DNA of 60,488 nt, the filler included. It is 9 parts of 9 records of this genome, joined end to end, with 100 filler letters (N's around TTAATTAATTAA, not from the genome) between each part and the next. Parts side by side here need not be neighbours in the genome. Positions count along the whole stretch, not along the records: positions 28,685 to 35,678 come from SRR31147125_92383; positions 35,779 to 42,090 come from SRR31147125_92617; positions 42,191 to 47,914 come from SRR31147125_92705; 6 more parts are not named here. One strand, written 5' to 3'. Shown one piece after another: positions 32,154 to 42,377 of this stretch (its first letter is position 1; the number at the start of each line of letters is the position of its first letter). The position numbers were made by a program, and so were the translations under genes. A model generated the notes under the pieces. It had not been told where the DNA came from. It saw nothing but the letters and a program-made list of their open reading frames with translations, and did not search any database.

Positions 32154-32558
32154 ATGATGACACCAATGGCAAATGCCTATAATAGATATAAACAGCACGA
32201 TGTGATGATGGCGAATCCTGTTGAGCTGATTGTGATGCTGTATAACGGCTGTATCAAGCAGCTTAAGCTGGCGCACATCGCGATTGAAGAAAAGGATATC
32301 GAGAAGTCGAATACAAGCCTGCAAAAGGCGCGGGATATCATCATGGAATTGATGATGAGCCTTGATATGAGCTTTGATATAAGTTCGCAGCTAATGAATC
32401 TGTACGAATTTATGATAAGAGAGATCCGCAGCGCAAATGCAAGTAAAGACGCGAGCTCGATTCCGCCGATTGTGGACATGCTCACGAGCCTGCGCGATGC
32501 ATGGATGCAGGTGCAAAAGGAGTGCCGTGCGCCGCAGCTCCAGATAACGGAGAACTGA
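32154..32558 (+). CDS. fliS: Flagellar export chaperone FliS
   Basis: ANPVELIVMLYNG, KARDIIMELMMSLD, LMNLYEF, LRDAW. Confidence 0.95.
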   Translation: MMTPMANAYNRYKQHDVMMANPVELIVMLYNGCIKQLKLAHIAIEEKDIEKSNTSLQKARDIIMELMMSLDMSFDISSQLMNLYEFMIREIRSANASKDASSIPPIVDMLTSLRDAWMQVQKECRAPQLQITEN

Positions 32559-32574
32559 GAAAAGGGGCAATCTT

Positions 32575-32982
32575 ATGGATCTGACAGCCAAACTGGAAAT
32601 AAAACAGGCTTTGCTTCGAGATATGCTGGACAGCACCCAGGCGATGGGCAAAATGGTTAGTGAAGACGATTTAGACGCGCTCAGCAAAGAAATGTCGCGC
32701 CGCCAGAAGATAATCGACGAAGTGGACGAATTGGATGTCAGCATGTCTGCATCTACGCAGCTTGAGACGTATTCCCCTAGACACCAGAGAATCAAAGAGG
32801 AAATCGAGCAGATTCTGTGCGAGATTAAAGCGACAGATAAAGAGCTTGTGGACGCTGCGGAGCAAAAGCGTAGTGAATACGGCACGCAATTTAAGAAGGT
32901 TAAAGAGACAAACAAAGTTATTAAGGGATATAAAATGCCGTATTCGAGTAAGGGAAGTATATTTATTGACGCGAAAAAATAA
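32575..32982 (+). CDS. FliT/FlgN-like flagellar chaperone
   Basis: Helical protein after fliS ending ..GY..SIFIDAKK. Confidence 0.65.
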   Translation: MDLTAKLEIKQALLRDMLDSTQAMGKMVSEDDLDALSKEMSRRQKIIDEVDELDVSMSASTQLETYSPRHQRIKEEIEQILCEIKATDKELVDAAEQKRSEYGTQFKKVKETNKVIKGYKMPYSSKGSIFIDAKK

Positions 32983-33003
32983 TGCTGTAATTTAAACAGA
33001 CAC

Positions 33004-33037
33004 AAAGGAGCTGTCCCACAAAAGGGTAGCTCCTTTT
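33004..33037 (+). terminator. Terminator of the fliDST operon
   Basis: AAAGGAGCTGTCC/GGGTAGCTCCTTT hairpin. Confidence 0.75.
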
Positions 33038-33252
33038 AGTATGCGAGGGAAGAGAAAGTGAGCCTCGAAAGACTCACTTAATGGTATAACAATAAACCGT
33101 ATGCCGCAGCGTATAGTCCCAGAATTAATAACTATTTTGAAGTTTGTGTATTAGATACAAATATTACTATATGTTTGGAGTGTTAAAACATATACAAACT
33201 ACAGGATTAAAAATATACTAATTATGTGTGGAAACTGCAATGGCACGGATCG

Positions 33253-33354
33253 GGACGAAAAGGATATATGAAGGTCGCCATGCTCTGCGCTCTTATCGTC
33301 ATGAAATGCGAGAGCATTTCACAGATTGCTGACCTTGTGGATTATCTGGAATAG
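33253..33354 (+). mobile_element. Transposase N-terminal remnant (IS5/IS1182-like)
   Basis: Reads GRKGYMKVAMLCALIVMKCESISQIADLVDYLE*, resembling from memory the N-terminus of clostridial transposases; no complete ORF. Confidence 0.5.
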
Positions 33355-33556
33355 CATTGTGGACACATCGTGCATCGGGTCGGACTCCACTCCGATCATG
33401 GCCGGTACAAGGCTGAATAATCCTATTCAGTGGATCTGTGCTGAGGTGTTTTGCTCATTTTCAAAAGCCGTTATGAAAAGGGATATTAAATAAAGGCAGT
33501 AAATTATTATTTTAATAAATTCTGAACAATGTCAAAAAGAAAGAGGAGGTTCGAAA

Positions 33557-35581
33557 ATGAGTAAATTCCAGAACTTATTGAGTTCAATAACGATTCGCAA
33601 CTATACTTATAGAAACAGAATCATTGCTGGACCCACGATGTTCGCCCATTCAGTGCTCACGTTTCCAGATATTGCGGAAAATGTTTACAGAATGGTTGAG
33701 AGAAGGGCTGCTGGGGGCGCCGCCGAGGTTGCGACGGGTGAAATCTGCGTTAACTTTGAAGAGGGCATATGCATGTTTGTTGCCCAACCAATTGACTTCG
33801 ACAAATACGAGGGGTCTGACTTTGAAGCATTCAAAGAATATGCAAGCCGTATCAAAAAACACGGTGCTATTGCCTTGCTCGAATTCAGCCATGAAGGCTC
33901 GGGAGCGCTGTCCCGGATTCCTACTGGGTACCAGCCGCAAGGCGTCAGCCCCTTGGGACCGGATCATTATGTCCGCTATGACGGCGTTGAGGTGAAAGCG
34001 TTTACGTCGGCTACGATGGAAAAGACCTGTCAGGATTTTGCGAAGATTTCAAAATACGCGATGGCAGCGGGTTCTGACGGCGTTTTGATCCATGGTGGTC
34101 ATGGCTTTCTGTTTCAGCAATTCTTGTCACCCCGTACGAACCATCGTACGGATGAATTCGGCGGTAGTATCGAAAACCGCGCTCGTTTTCCCATGATGAT
34201 TTTGAAAGCGATCCGCGAGGCGATCGGAGAAGACAAGATTATTGAGACGCGAATCAGTGCGGTGGATGGCGTTGAGGGGGGCATGCCCTTTGAAGATACT
34301 ATTGACTTCTGTAAGATCATTGACGGCTACACTGATATCATCCATGTCTCTACAGGCATTAAAGAACTCAGCAACAGCACAGGAACCTTCTCCGATATGT
34401 TTGATGAGCACGGGCTCAATGTGAAATATGCCGAACAGATTAAGAAAGTTGTCAAAAAGTCCAAAGTTGCCGTCATCGGCGGGATTAACAGCCCGGAAAT
34501 GGCTGAGGAAATCATTGCTTCCGGTAAATCGGATTTTATTGTTTACGGACGTCAGGGATTTGCTGATCCCGAATTTCCGAATAAGGCGCGTGATGGGCAA
34601 GAGGATATCATCCGCCGTTGCGTTCGCTGTCATCAGTGCTATCCGGGGTTCCCAGAGCATCCGACGGATGTTAGCCTGATGGAGATGGTGAAGACCGATC
34701 CAAACTTTATGGAGAAGATTTCCCCGACGATGATGGGAATGTGCGCTATCAATCCGGAGACCGGCTTCCTGTTCTATCCCGAAACGATGCCTAAACCGAC
34801 CGGGCGGCGCAAAGTCCTTGTTGTCGGCGGCGGGGTCGCCGGTATGCAGGCGGCGATCACTGCGGCGGAACGGGGTCATGATGTCACTTTGGCGGAAAAA
34901 ACGGAAAAGCTGGGCGGAATCATTAACTTTACTGATAATGACGGCGACAAGATTGACCTCAGTAATTTCAAAGAAGTACTTAAACGCGAAGTATCAAACA
35001 AGGGTGTAAAAATACTCCTGAATAAGGAAGTTGACGAGGCTTTTATTAAAGAATTCAAGCCGGAGGCAGTAATTGTCGCTGTCGGATCCCAGCCGATTGT
35101 TCCCAAAATACCGGGGATAGAGAACGCGATCAACGCGCTGCATGTCTATGAAAACATGGATGAAATCGGTAAGAATGTTGTCATTGTCGGCGGCGGTCTG
35201 GTCGGCTGTGAGGTCGGCTTGTATCTGGCGTTGGAAGGGCGCAATGTAACGGTTATTGAAATGCAGAAACGCATGGCGCCTGAGACGAGAGGCAGTTATC
35301 GCACGGCAATGATGATGGAAATGGGAAAAAGAAACATTCAACAGATGCTTGAAACAAAATGTATCGAGTTCACCCAAAATAGCGTGAAAGTTGCCGGTCC
35401 TGATGGGGAAGAAAAAATCGTTGAAGCCGATTCGCTCGTCTTCTCCATGGGCATGCGTTCCAATCCAACCGATGGCATCAAGGCAGATTGCCCGGTGTAT
35501 TTAGTTGGTGACTGTAAACAAGTCGGGAAGGTCGGCGACGCTGTGCGCGGCGGTTATATGGTAGCGATGGCAATTATCTGA
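33557..35581 (+). CDS. NADH:flavin oxidoreductase (OYE-type barrel + Fe-S + FAD/NAD domains; enoate/dienoyl-CoA reductase/BaiH-like)
   Basis: NRII.GP, HGGHGFL.QFLSPRTNHRTDEFGGSIENRARF, CVRCHQC..CAINP, GGGVAG, GGGLVG. Confidence 0.92.
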   Translation: MSKFQNLLSSITIRNYTYRNRIIAGPTMFAHSVLTFPDIAENVYRMVERRAAGGAAEVATGEICVNFEEGICMFVAQPIDFDKYEGSDFEAFKEYASRIKKHGAIALLEFSHEGSGALSRIPTGYQPQGVSPLGPDHYVRYDGVEVKAFTSATMEKTCQDFAKISKYAMAAGSDGVLIHGGHGFLFQQFLSPRTNHRTDEFGGSIENRARFPMMILKAIREAIGEDKIIETRISAVDGVEGGMPFEDTIDFCKIIDGYTDIIHVSTGIKELSNSTGTFSDMFDEHGLNVKYAEQIKKVVKKSKVAVIGGINSPEMAEEIIASGKSDFIVYGRQGFADPEFPNKARDGQEDIIRRCVRCHQCYPGFPEHPTDVSLMEMVKTDPNFMEKISPTMMGMCAINPETGFLFYPETMPKPTGRRKVLVVGGGVAGMQAAITAAERGHDVTLAEKTEKLGGIINFTDNDGDKIDLSNFKEVLKREVSNKGVKILLNKEVDEAFIKEFKPEAVIVAVGSQPIVPKIPGIENAINALHVYENMDEIGKNVVIVGGGLVGCEVGLYLALEGRNVTVIEMQKRMAPETRGSYRTAMMMEMGKRNIQQMLETKCIEFTQNSVKVAGPDGEEKIVEADSLVFSMGMRSNPTDGIKADCPVYLVGDCKQVGKVGDAVRGGYMVAMAII

Positions 35582-35624
35582 TTTTTTTCAGTTTCGCTTC
35601 TTTCATATTCAGTTCAGCAAATAA

Positions 35625-35671
35625 AAAGGAGTTATCTGCGATTTCTCGGGGGATAGCTCCTTTGTTTTTTT
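35625..35671 (+). terminator. Rho-independent terminator
   Basis: AAAGGAGTTATC/GATAGCTCCTTT stem plus T-run. Confidence 0.7.
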
Positions 35672-35867
35672 ATCCGGCNNNNNNNNNNNNNNNNNNNNNN
35701 NNNNNNNNNNNNNNNNNNNNNNTTAATTAATTAANNNNNNNNNNNNNNNNNNNNNNNNNNNNNNNNNNNNNNNNNNNNCTCCGGTGAATATCTGTCCAGG
35801 TACTTACGCGGGAAATCTTGTGATTTTTCGTGTTTCTCCAGGTCAGGGGCTACTCATATAGCGCTAA

Positions 35868-37112
35868 CTACAACGCTTGAATGGCTTTCAAACGATCCAG
35901 TACGGGGGGGTGTGAATAGTTGAGCCACACATAGAACGGATGCGGATGAAGATTGGAGAGGTTTTGCACCGACAGTTTTTTTAGGGCGGTCATCATGGCG
36001 TTTTTCTCACCGGAGGTTTCTACGGCAAACTGATCTGCCTCATACTCATCTTTTCGTGAGAAGTGTTGCATGATAACGGATATGATCATATCTATGGGGG
36101 TAAATAATAAGCTGAAGAAAATCAATCCCGCATAAACAGATGGCGTTTCCATGAAGAACGCATCAAATAAACCCTGGTATGAGATGAAGAGTGACATGAG
36201 AAAAAAGATGACTCCCATTTGTAAAATTCCGATGATGAGCCGTTTGGGGATATGCTTTTTCTTGTAGTGACCCATTTCATGAGCAATGACAGCCAACAAC
36301 TCTTTTGTTGAATAATCTTTGATCAGCGTATCGAAAAGGGCGATGCGCCTGTTCTTGCCGAAACCGGTAAAGAACGCATTGGCTTTGGTGCTTCGTTTGG
36401 AACCGTCCATGACAAAGATGTTGTAAAGGGGAAATTGGATGGTGTCGGCATATTCAAGAATCGTTGTTTTCAATTCTCCTTCCTCAAGAGGGGTAAACTT
36501 ATTGAACAGCGGCATGATCCAGGTGGGTACAATATATTGAACAATCAAGGCAAACACCGTTGTCACCCCCCAGCAGATTACCCAAGCCCATGCGCCTGCA
36601 GATTCAAAGAAAAGAAGAATGGCGCTCATCAGCAAGCCTCCCAGAATGGCGCCGATAAAGAGGGATTTGATGAGATCTTTAACGAAAAGCATCGGGGTGG
36701 TTTTATTGAAACCGAACCGCTCTTCAATAACAAACGTGGAGTAAATGGAGAAGGGGAGAGATAGAATGCCTTTCAACAGAATCAAAATCCCCATGAAACA
36801 CAATCCCGTCAGGATCGGCCCCATTCCCCAAGATCGTATCCAGCCATCTGCGATGGTAAATCCTTTACAGAACCAAAACAGTAAAAAGATCACCAGATCC
36901 GTTGCGGCGGTGATCATTCCAAACATAGTACATGTTTTCAGATAATCTTGGGATTTTTGATATTTTTCTTCAACGTAGTACGCTTTGAATGCATCTGGAA
37001 GTTGGGTCTTGATGCTGGAAATATTCAGCAGGTCGGCCGTAGCGTTCAAAATAAACCCGATGAACACTGTCGATAGAATGATAGAAGCAACGAGGATTCC
37101 TTGGGAGGTCAT
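35868..37112 (-). CDS. M48 family metallopeptidase (Ste24/CAAX protease-like)
   Basis: DGSKRSTKANAFFTGFG, HEMGH, EYEAD, SHPP. Confidence 0.95.
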   Translation of the reverse strand: MTSQGILVASIILSTVFIGFILNATADLLNISSIKTQLPDAFKAYYVEEKYQKSQDYLKTCTMFGMITAATDLVIFLLFWFCKGFTIADGWIRSWGMGPILTGLCFMGILILLKGILSLPFSIYSTFVIEERFGFNKTTPMLFVKDLIKSLFIGAILGGLLMSAILLFFESAGAWAWVICWGVTTVFALIVQYIVPTWIMPLFNKFTPLEEGELKTTILEYADTIQFPLYNIFVMDGSKRSTKANAFFTGFGKNRRIALFDTLIKDYSTKELLAVIAHEMGHYKKKHIPKRLIIGILQMGVIFFLMSLFISYQGLFDAFFMETPSVYAGLIFFSLLFTPIDMIISVIMQHFSRKDEYEADQFAVETSGEKNAMMTALKKLSVQNLSNLHPHPFYVWLNYSHPPVLDRLKAIQAL

Positions 37113-37180
37113 CGTGTATCCGCCTCGGCCGAAGCCGTAATTGATTTGTTATCCTTTGCGTGTGAAATTTGAATCCGGCA

Positions 37181-37468
37181 TTATTGCTGATTGTTAATTA
37201 AATTTCTGAGTTTACCTGAGCATTTGAACGTGACCACTCGTCTGGCAGGCAACTTCATCTCTTCATTGGTGGCAGGATTCCTTCCTTTTCTGGCTTTTTT
37301 TTCATTGACGCAAAATTTACCAAATCCACTGATCATGACGTCTTCGCCCTGCTCCAGGCTCTGTTTGATGATTTCCAAAAAATCTTCCATGATATTATAG
37401 GATGTGGTTCTTGAAAGATTCAGTTTTCTCTGAATTTTTTCCGTAATTTCGGTTTTGGTCAATGCCAT
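37181..37468 (-). CDS. ihfA: Integration host factor alpha subunit
   Basis: MALTK, VMISGFGKF, GRNPAT, ARRVVTFKCSGKLR. Confidence 0.9.
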   Translation of the reverse strand: MALTKTEITEKIQRKLNLSRTTSYNIMEDFLEIIKQSLEQGEDVMISGFGKFCVNEKKARKGRNPATNEEMKLPARRVVTFKCSGKLRNLINNQQ

Positions 37469-37581
37469 GTATTCGCCTCCTGCTGCCGATTAAATCTCTT
37501 AAAATGTCTGTAAACCAAGTTTTTGATTTCATAATGGGTAATTATGGCGAACCGTTAAATTTTCCACTTTGTAACACGTTT

Positions 37582-37617
37582 AAAAAAACGACAACGGCCG
37601 TGGATTCCGGCCGTTGT
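37582..37617 (-). terminator. Terminator after the acyl-CoA dehydrogenase
   Basis: ACAACGGCCG/CGGCCGTTGT stem with a T7 run on the minus strand. Confidence 0.7.
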
Positions 37618-37712
37618 TTGTCTCTTTAAGTGGTTGTTTTTAATCGCAAACCATAAAAAATTCTAGTTAAAATACTTTACCTGGAGAGGGTTTGTCAATG
37701 ATTTTTATTTGA

Positions 37713-39421
37713 TTATGGGTTCATCTCATAAGTATCCTTAAGTGCCAATACATGATTTTCCCACACGCGATTGAATCGCTCGGTATTCCGCCGAGGTTTT
37801 CGGATGATTTTCAGTGCATAGGCCATCTGTTTTTCGGTGCTGCTGCTCTTTGAGTAGAGCTGGAGGGCATGTTTTGAAAAGTCCCGGATCATGAAATCGA
37901 AAATTTGATCGATAACGTCTTCCGGGATGTTTCTCAGTGGTGCATTCTCGATAATCAGCTGACCATATGGAATAACGGCAAACAATTCACCCAGGATCAG
38001 CAGAAAATCGATATCCTTGGTCTGTTCTTTTTCCGGGGGGGCATTGAGCAGCAGTTCCTTTAGAGCGACAATCTGCTCCTTGAAGATGGTAATGTTTGGA
38101 AGATCCATCGCCCCATAGGCGTTTTCAAAATCATGGAATAGGGTTTTGCCGAGGCCTTTTGTTGTCCCCTGATCAAAAAGAAAATCGTCATTGCCGGGCC
38201 CATCAACCGTTTGAATTTCCGGAAGGTCAGTGGGAGAAAAGAGATAATTGGCCATGAATTTAACCACTAAGGCCATGTTGACGTGGACCGTTCCTTCCAA
38301 TTTGGGCAGTCCCCTGATTTCGATGGCGGCCATCTCAAAGTAGGTGTCTTTTTCAAATCCTTTGGCGGCAATGACATCCCAAATCAAATTGATGACCTCT
38401 TCACCCTGGGTGGTGACTTTCATTTTGGTGAGTGGATTATAGAGTAGATATCGACGATCTTCTCTGGATGCCGTTCGCATGTAATCGGCATTTCTTTTTG
38501 CAAAAACTTCATGGCCATGAGGCGTGCCCAGGCATCGGTCATCAGTTGCTGTACATGGGGAAAATCGGTGACGTACTTTCCGTAAAGATTTCTATGGGCC
38601 GCATGATTCAGTCCTTCCAGGAACGCGTGGCTGCAGATACCGATGGCGGCCCAACCTAAATTGTATTTTCCCACATTCACGGTGTTGAGGGCACAATCCC
38701 ATGCATGACTTCCTCTGGAGAGAATATCGGTCGATTTGACCGGATAGGCATGGAGCCCGAACTCGGCAACATAGGATTGATTGCTGACGACGTTTTTAAC
38801 CAGCTCATAATTTTCATGCGTCGGATCGGCCGTAAAGAAGACATATTCTTCAGTATCCGATTCTTTACCAAATACGGAAACAAGCCCCGCCTTATTGGCA
38901 TTTCCAATATAATATTTCCCCCCGTCGGCGACATAGGTGCCGTCGGGAAGCTCTGTCAGCATCATTTCAGATGAGTAAAGATCTGCCCCATGTTCCTTTT
39001 CAGAAAGGCCGAAGGCAAAAATTTCACCTCGCTCAAGCCGTTCTGCCGTCTCTTTTTTCAACGCTTCGTTTGTACCCATCCAGATCGGACCAAGCCCAAG
39101 GATCGTCACCTGCCAGGTATACCAATAGGGAAGTCCATAAAAGCCCAGGATTTCATTGAAATCGCAGTTCCGGGCCGTATCCCATCGGTATCCTTCCTTT
39201 CCATACTGCGACGGGGTGAGAAGTGTGGCAAAAATTTTCTCTTCTTTTACAAAATCAAGAAAATCGGCATACCAAATTTTTTCGTGATAATCTTTCTTAA
39301 GCTTCTCTTTTCCTTTTTTTTCAAAGAAGTCGATGGTTTTTCTCATGATTTCTCGGGAGGGTTCATCAAGATGATCAAATGTCTCGGATTTTGGATTTAG
39401 AATTTTCATGATTATCTCCAT
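37713..39421 (-). CDS. Acyl-CoA dehydrogenase family protein, frameshift near 38502-38506
   Basis: FGLSEKEHGAD, KYYIGN, GKYNLGW, KLEGTVHVN; one extra T gives MAMKFFAKRNADYMRTAS and fuses ORFs 38420-39421 and 37713-38480. Confidence 0.88.
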
Positions 39422-39699
39422 GAATATAAGTTTTTGATAAAAACGATGTTTCTATTCTTGAAATAGAGGTTCTATTATCAAAATAGGTTTGTCAAGTTAT
39501 TTATGAAAAAGTGGAACAGCTAATGGAAGTGAAGTAAGCGTTCAATAGAAAGTGGAGAGTAGATTGGTTCAGGGAAGATTGAAAATCGAATAAATAGGCG
39601 CAGCAGTGGATGAAAGGGGGAGATAAACGTCTGTTTTTGAAGAGTTTTTTGATGGAGGCGATATGAAGAGGGTGCACGGCTTCAACAAAGAAGGATTCG

Positions 39700-41410
39700 C
39701 TAAAGTTTTGGGAAAAATTTTTGAAGGGTCAATGCCAATGCATTGATGGAGAGGGGTTTGGACAGCACGGCATCAATGGAGGATGAGCTGGCTTTTTCCA
39801 TTGTGGTGATATCACTGAATCCGGTGATAAGTACAATGGGAAGGTCGGGGCGTATCTTCTTAATTTCTTCGGCAAGTTGAGTCCCCTGCATATCCGGCAT
39901 TGTCAGGTCGGTGAGAATAACGTCAAACTCTTTTGGCGCTTGTTTGATAAGATCCAGCGCTTTCTGGGGAGCATTGACAGCTTCAGCCTGATATCCAAGC
40001 TTTTCCAACATCATTCTTCCAAGATCCACCAGCATCATCTCATCGTCAACAAACATCACTCTGCCTTGTCCCGATTGAAGGCCTGCCAAACCGATATTTT
40101 TTTTGTTTTTCCGGCGCATGATTGGGAAAATAGACGGTGATTTTGGTTCCCTTATCCGGTTCACTCTCAAGGATGATTTCTCCCTTACAGTTTTTCACAA
40201 TGCCGTGAACAACAGATAATCCCAGCCCGGTGCCGTCTCCACCGATTTTGGTCGTAAAATATGGGTTGAAAACCTTGTCCTGGGTATCCGGTGGTATCCC
40301 TTTTCCGTCGTCTTCCACAGAGATGGTTACATATTCACCGTAAGGCAGATCCAATTCGATGAATTTTTCATGGGTGGAGGGATTCAAAGTGATACGTTTC
40401 ATCTCAATTGTAAGGGTCCCCTGATTCCCTTTTTCTTGAATCGCTTGAAGCGCATTGGTGCAAAGATTCATGATGATTTGGTGGAGTTGCGCCGGAGAAA
40501 CCAGAATATGCCCACTATCTTTGTCAATGTTGGTTTGGATTTTGATGGATGAAGGGGTGGTTGTCTGCAAAAGTTTGATTTTTTCTTTTAACAGGGCAGA
40601 TGCCGAAACGGGAGTCCTGGGCTTGGCTTCGGATCCCGGCTGTCGACTGAATTCAAGGATCTGAAGAGTCAGATTTTTTGCACGATTGCATCCGTTAATG
40701 ATCTGCTGGGTATACCGCATCCCCTTTTCGTTCTTCTGGAGATCCATTTGAAGTAACTGAGTATATCCTAAAATAGACCCTAAAATATTGTTAAAATCGT
40801 GGGCAATACCGCCGGCTAAGGTACCTAAGGCTTCAAGACGCTGGGCCTCTTTAAGGCTAAAGATCAGTTTTTCTTTCTCTTTTTCCACTTTTCTTCGCTG
40901 CTCCAGTTCTCTTTGAAGGGCGGACTTGACATGGTAAGCTCTCAGCGATGCGGTGACGAGGGTGATGAGTTTTGTTGACGTCAGTTCGGTTTTCAAGCGA
41001 TAATCGTTGATGTCAAATGCTTCAATGACTTTCTGCTCCGGGGCCCGGCCGGGCTGACCGGTTCGGATCACGATCTGCAAAATGCTGTTATTGAGGATTT
41101 TTCGAATATGGTGAATCAGATGAAGACCGGCGTCATCCGTTTCAAGGGTGACATCCAATAAAATGAGTGCGATATCCGGGTGGCTTGCAAGAAACGATTC
41201 CGCTTCTTTGGCGGAGTAGGTATGATGAATGGCAAGGGGTCTGCCTTTAAAAGAGTAGGACTCCAATGCAATTTGGGTGATGTGGTGAACATCCGGCTCG
41301 TCATCGACCACCAAAATGTTCCAGGGATGCACTTCTTGATTTTTTTCAGATCGTGTTTCATCTGCAAATACAATGGTATTCGTCGCGGGTTCATCCGGTA
41401 TCACAGTCAA
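39700..41410 (-). CDS. Hybrid histidine kinase (REC-HisKA-HATPase-REC), frameshift at the A-run 40097-40104
   Basis: N-terminal REC (VVDDE, LLDV), AGGIAHDFNN, GTGLGL, C-terminal REC (FVDDE, TDLTMP, KP). Confidence 0.88.
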
Positions 41411-41569
41411 ATTATATCCTTAATATTCAATGGTTCAAGCATGATAATTTATTATTCGATCAAAACACTTTTTGTCAAATCATTTATGGAAAATGTGCTA
41501 TAAGTCCATGGCATGAGTAGCAGGTGCCTATCATGGCTGTATTTAAAATGAATTTTGGAGAAAAAGACA

Positions 41570-42090
41570 ATGGGAAAATTGAAAGCGCTTTCCGTTCATG
41601 ACGGTCGATATGCAAGAGTCGTAGATGCTTTGACGGGAATCTTTTCGGAATATGGATTGATCAGACAAAGAACGTTTGTAGAAATCGAGTGGCTCAAATT
41701 CATCAGCTCCGATTTGAAACTGTTTGAGCTGAATGAAAAAGGGATTGCCGCACTGGATGCCATTGCGGCTGATTTTGATGAAACCGGTGCTCAACGGGTC
41801 AAGGATATCGAGAAGACCACCAACCATGATGTCAAAGCCGTGGAGTATTTCATCAAAGAAGAGATGGAAAAATCCGGTCTTTCCGACATCATGGAGTGGG
41901 TCCATTTTGCCTGTACATCGGATGACATCAACAACACATCCTATGCGCTGATGGTAAAAGAGGGAAGGGCGGTGATTGTCGATGCCTTGTCCGAACTGAT
42001 AGGTAGTGTGGAAGAAAAGGCGAAGGCATACAAGGCGATTCCCATGATGTCCCGAACCCACGGACAACCGGCAACACCCACTACGGCAGG
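41570..42090 (+). CDS. purB: Adenylosuccinate lyase (3' truncated)
   Basis: DGRY, TTNHDVKAVEYF, HFACTSDDINN, RTHGQPATPTT. Confidence 0.95.
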
Positions 42091-42191
42091 NNNNNNNNNN
42101 NNNNNNNNNNNNNNNNNNNNNNNNNNNNNNNNNNTTAATTAATTAANNNNNNNNNNNNNNNNNNNNNNNNNNNNNNNNNNNNNNNNNNNNG

Positions 42192-42377
42192 GGGAAAATG
42201 GCCCCCATCGGAGTGTGGGTCAAAAACAACAGGGAGTGGGCCCTGATTCACCGCTGCACAAAATGCGGCTTTATTCGAACCAACAGGATTGCCGGGGACG
42301 ATGCGGAACCGGTCCTCCTCTCCCTGGCGGTAAAGCCCCTGACGAAGCTGCCCTTTCCCATGGAAGAGGTAGGTTAA
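42192..42377 (+). CDS. RNHCP-domain protein, C-terminal part (not in the ORF track)
   Basis: Translates GKMAPIGVWVKNNREWALIHRCTKCGFIRTNRIAGDD..LAVKPL..PFP*. Confidence 0.75.
   Translation, partial: GKMAPIGVWVKNNREWALIHRCTKCGFIRTNRIAGDDAEPVLLSLAVKPLTKLPFPMEEVG

Noticed and set aside
42215-42376. N-terminal extension of RsgA in the ORF track
   Set aside because: This stretch is the RNHCP gene in another frame; rsgA starts at or after 42377.
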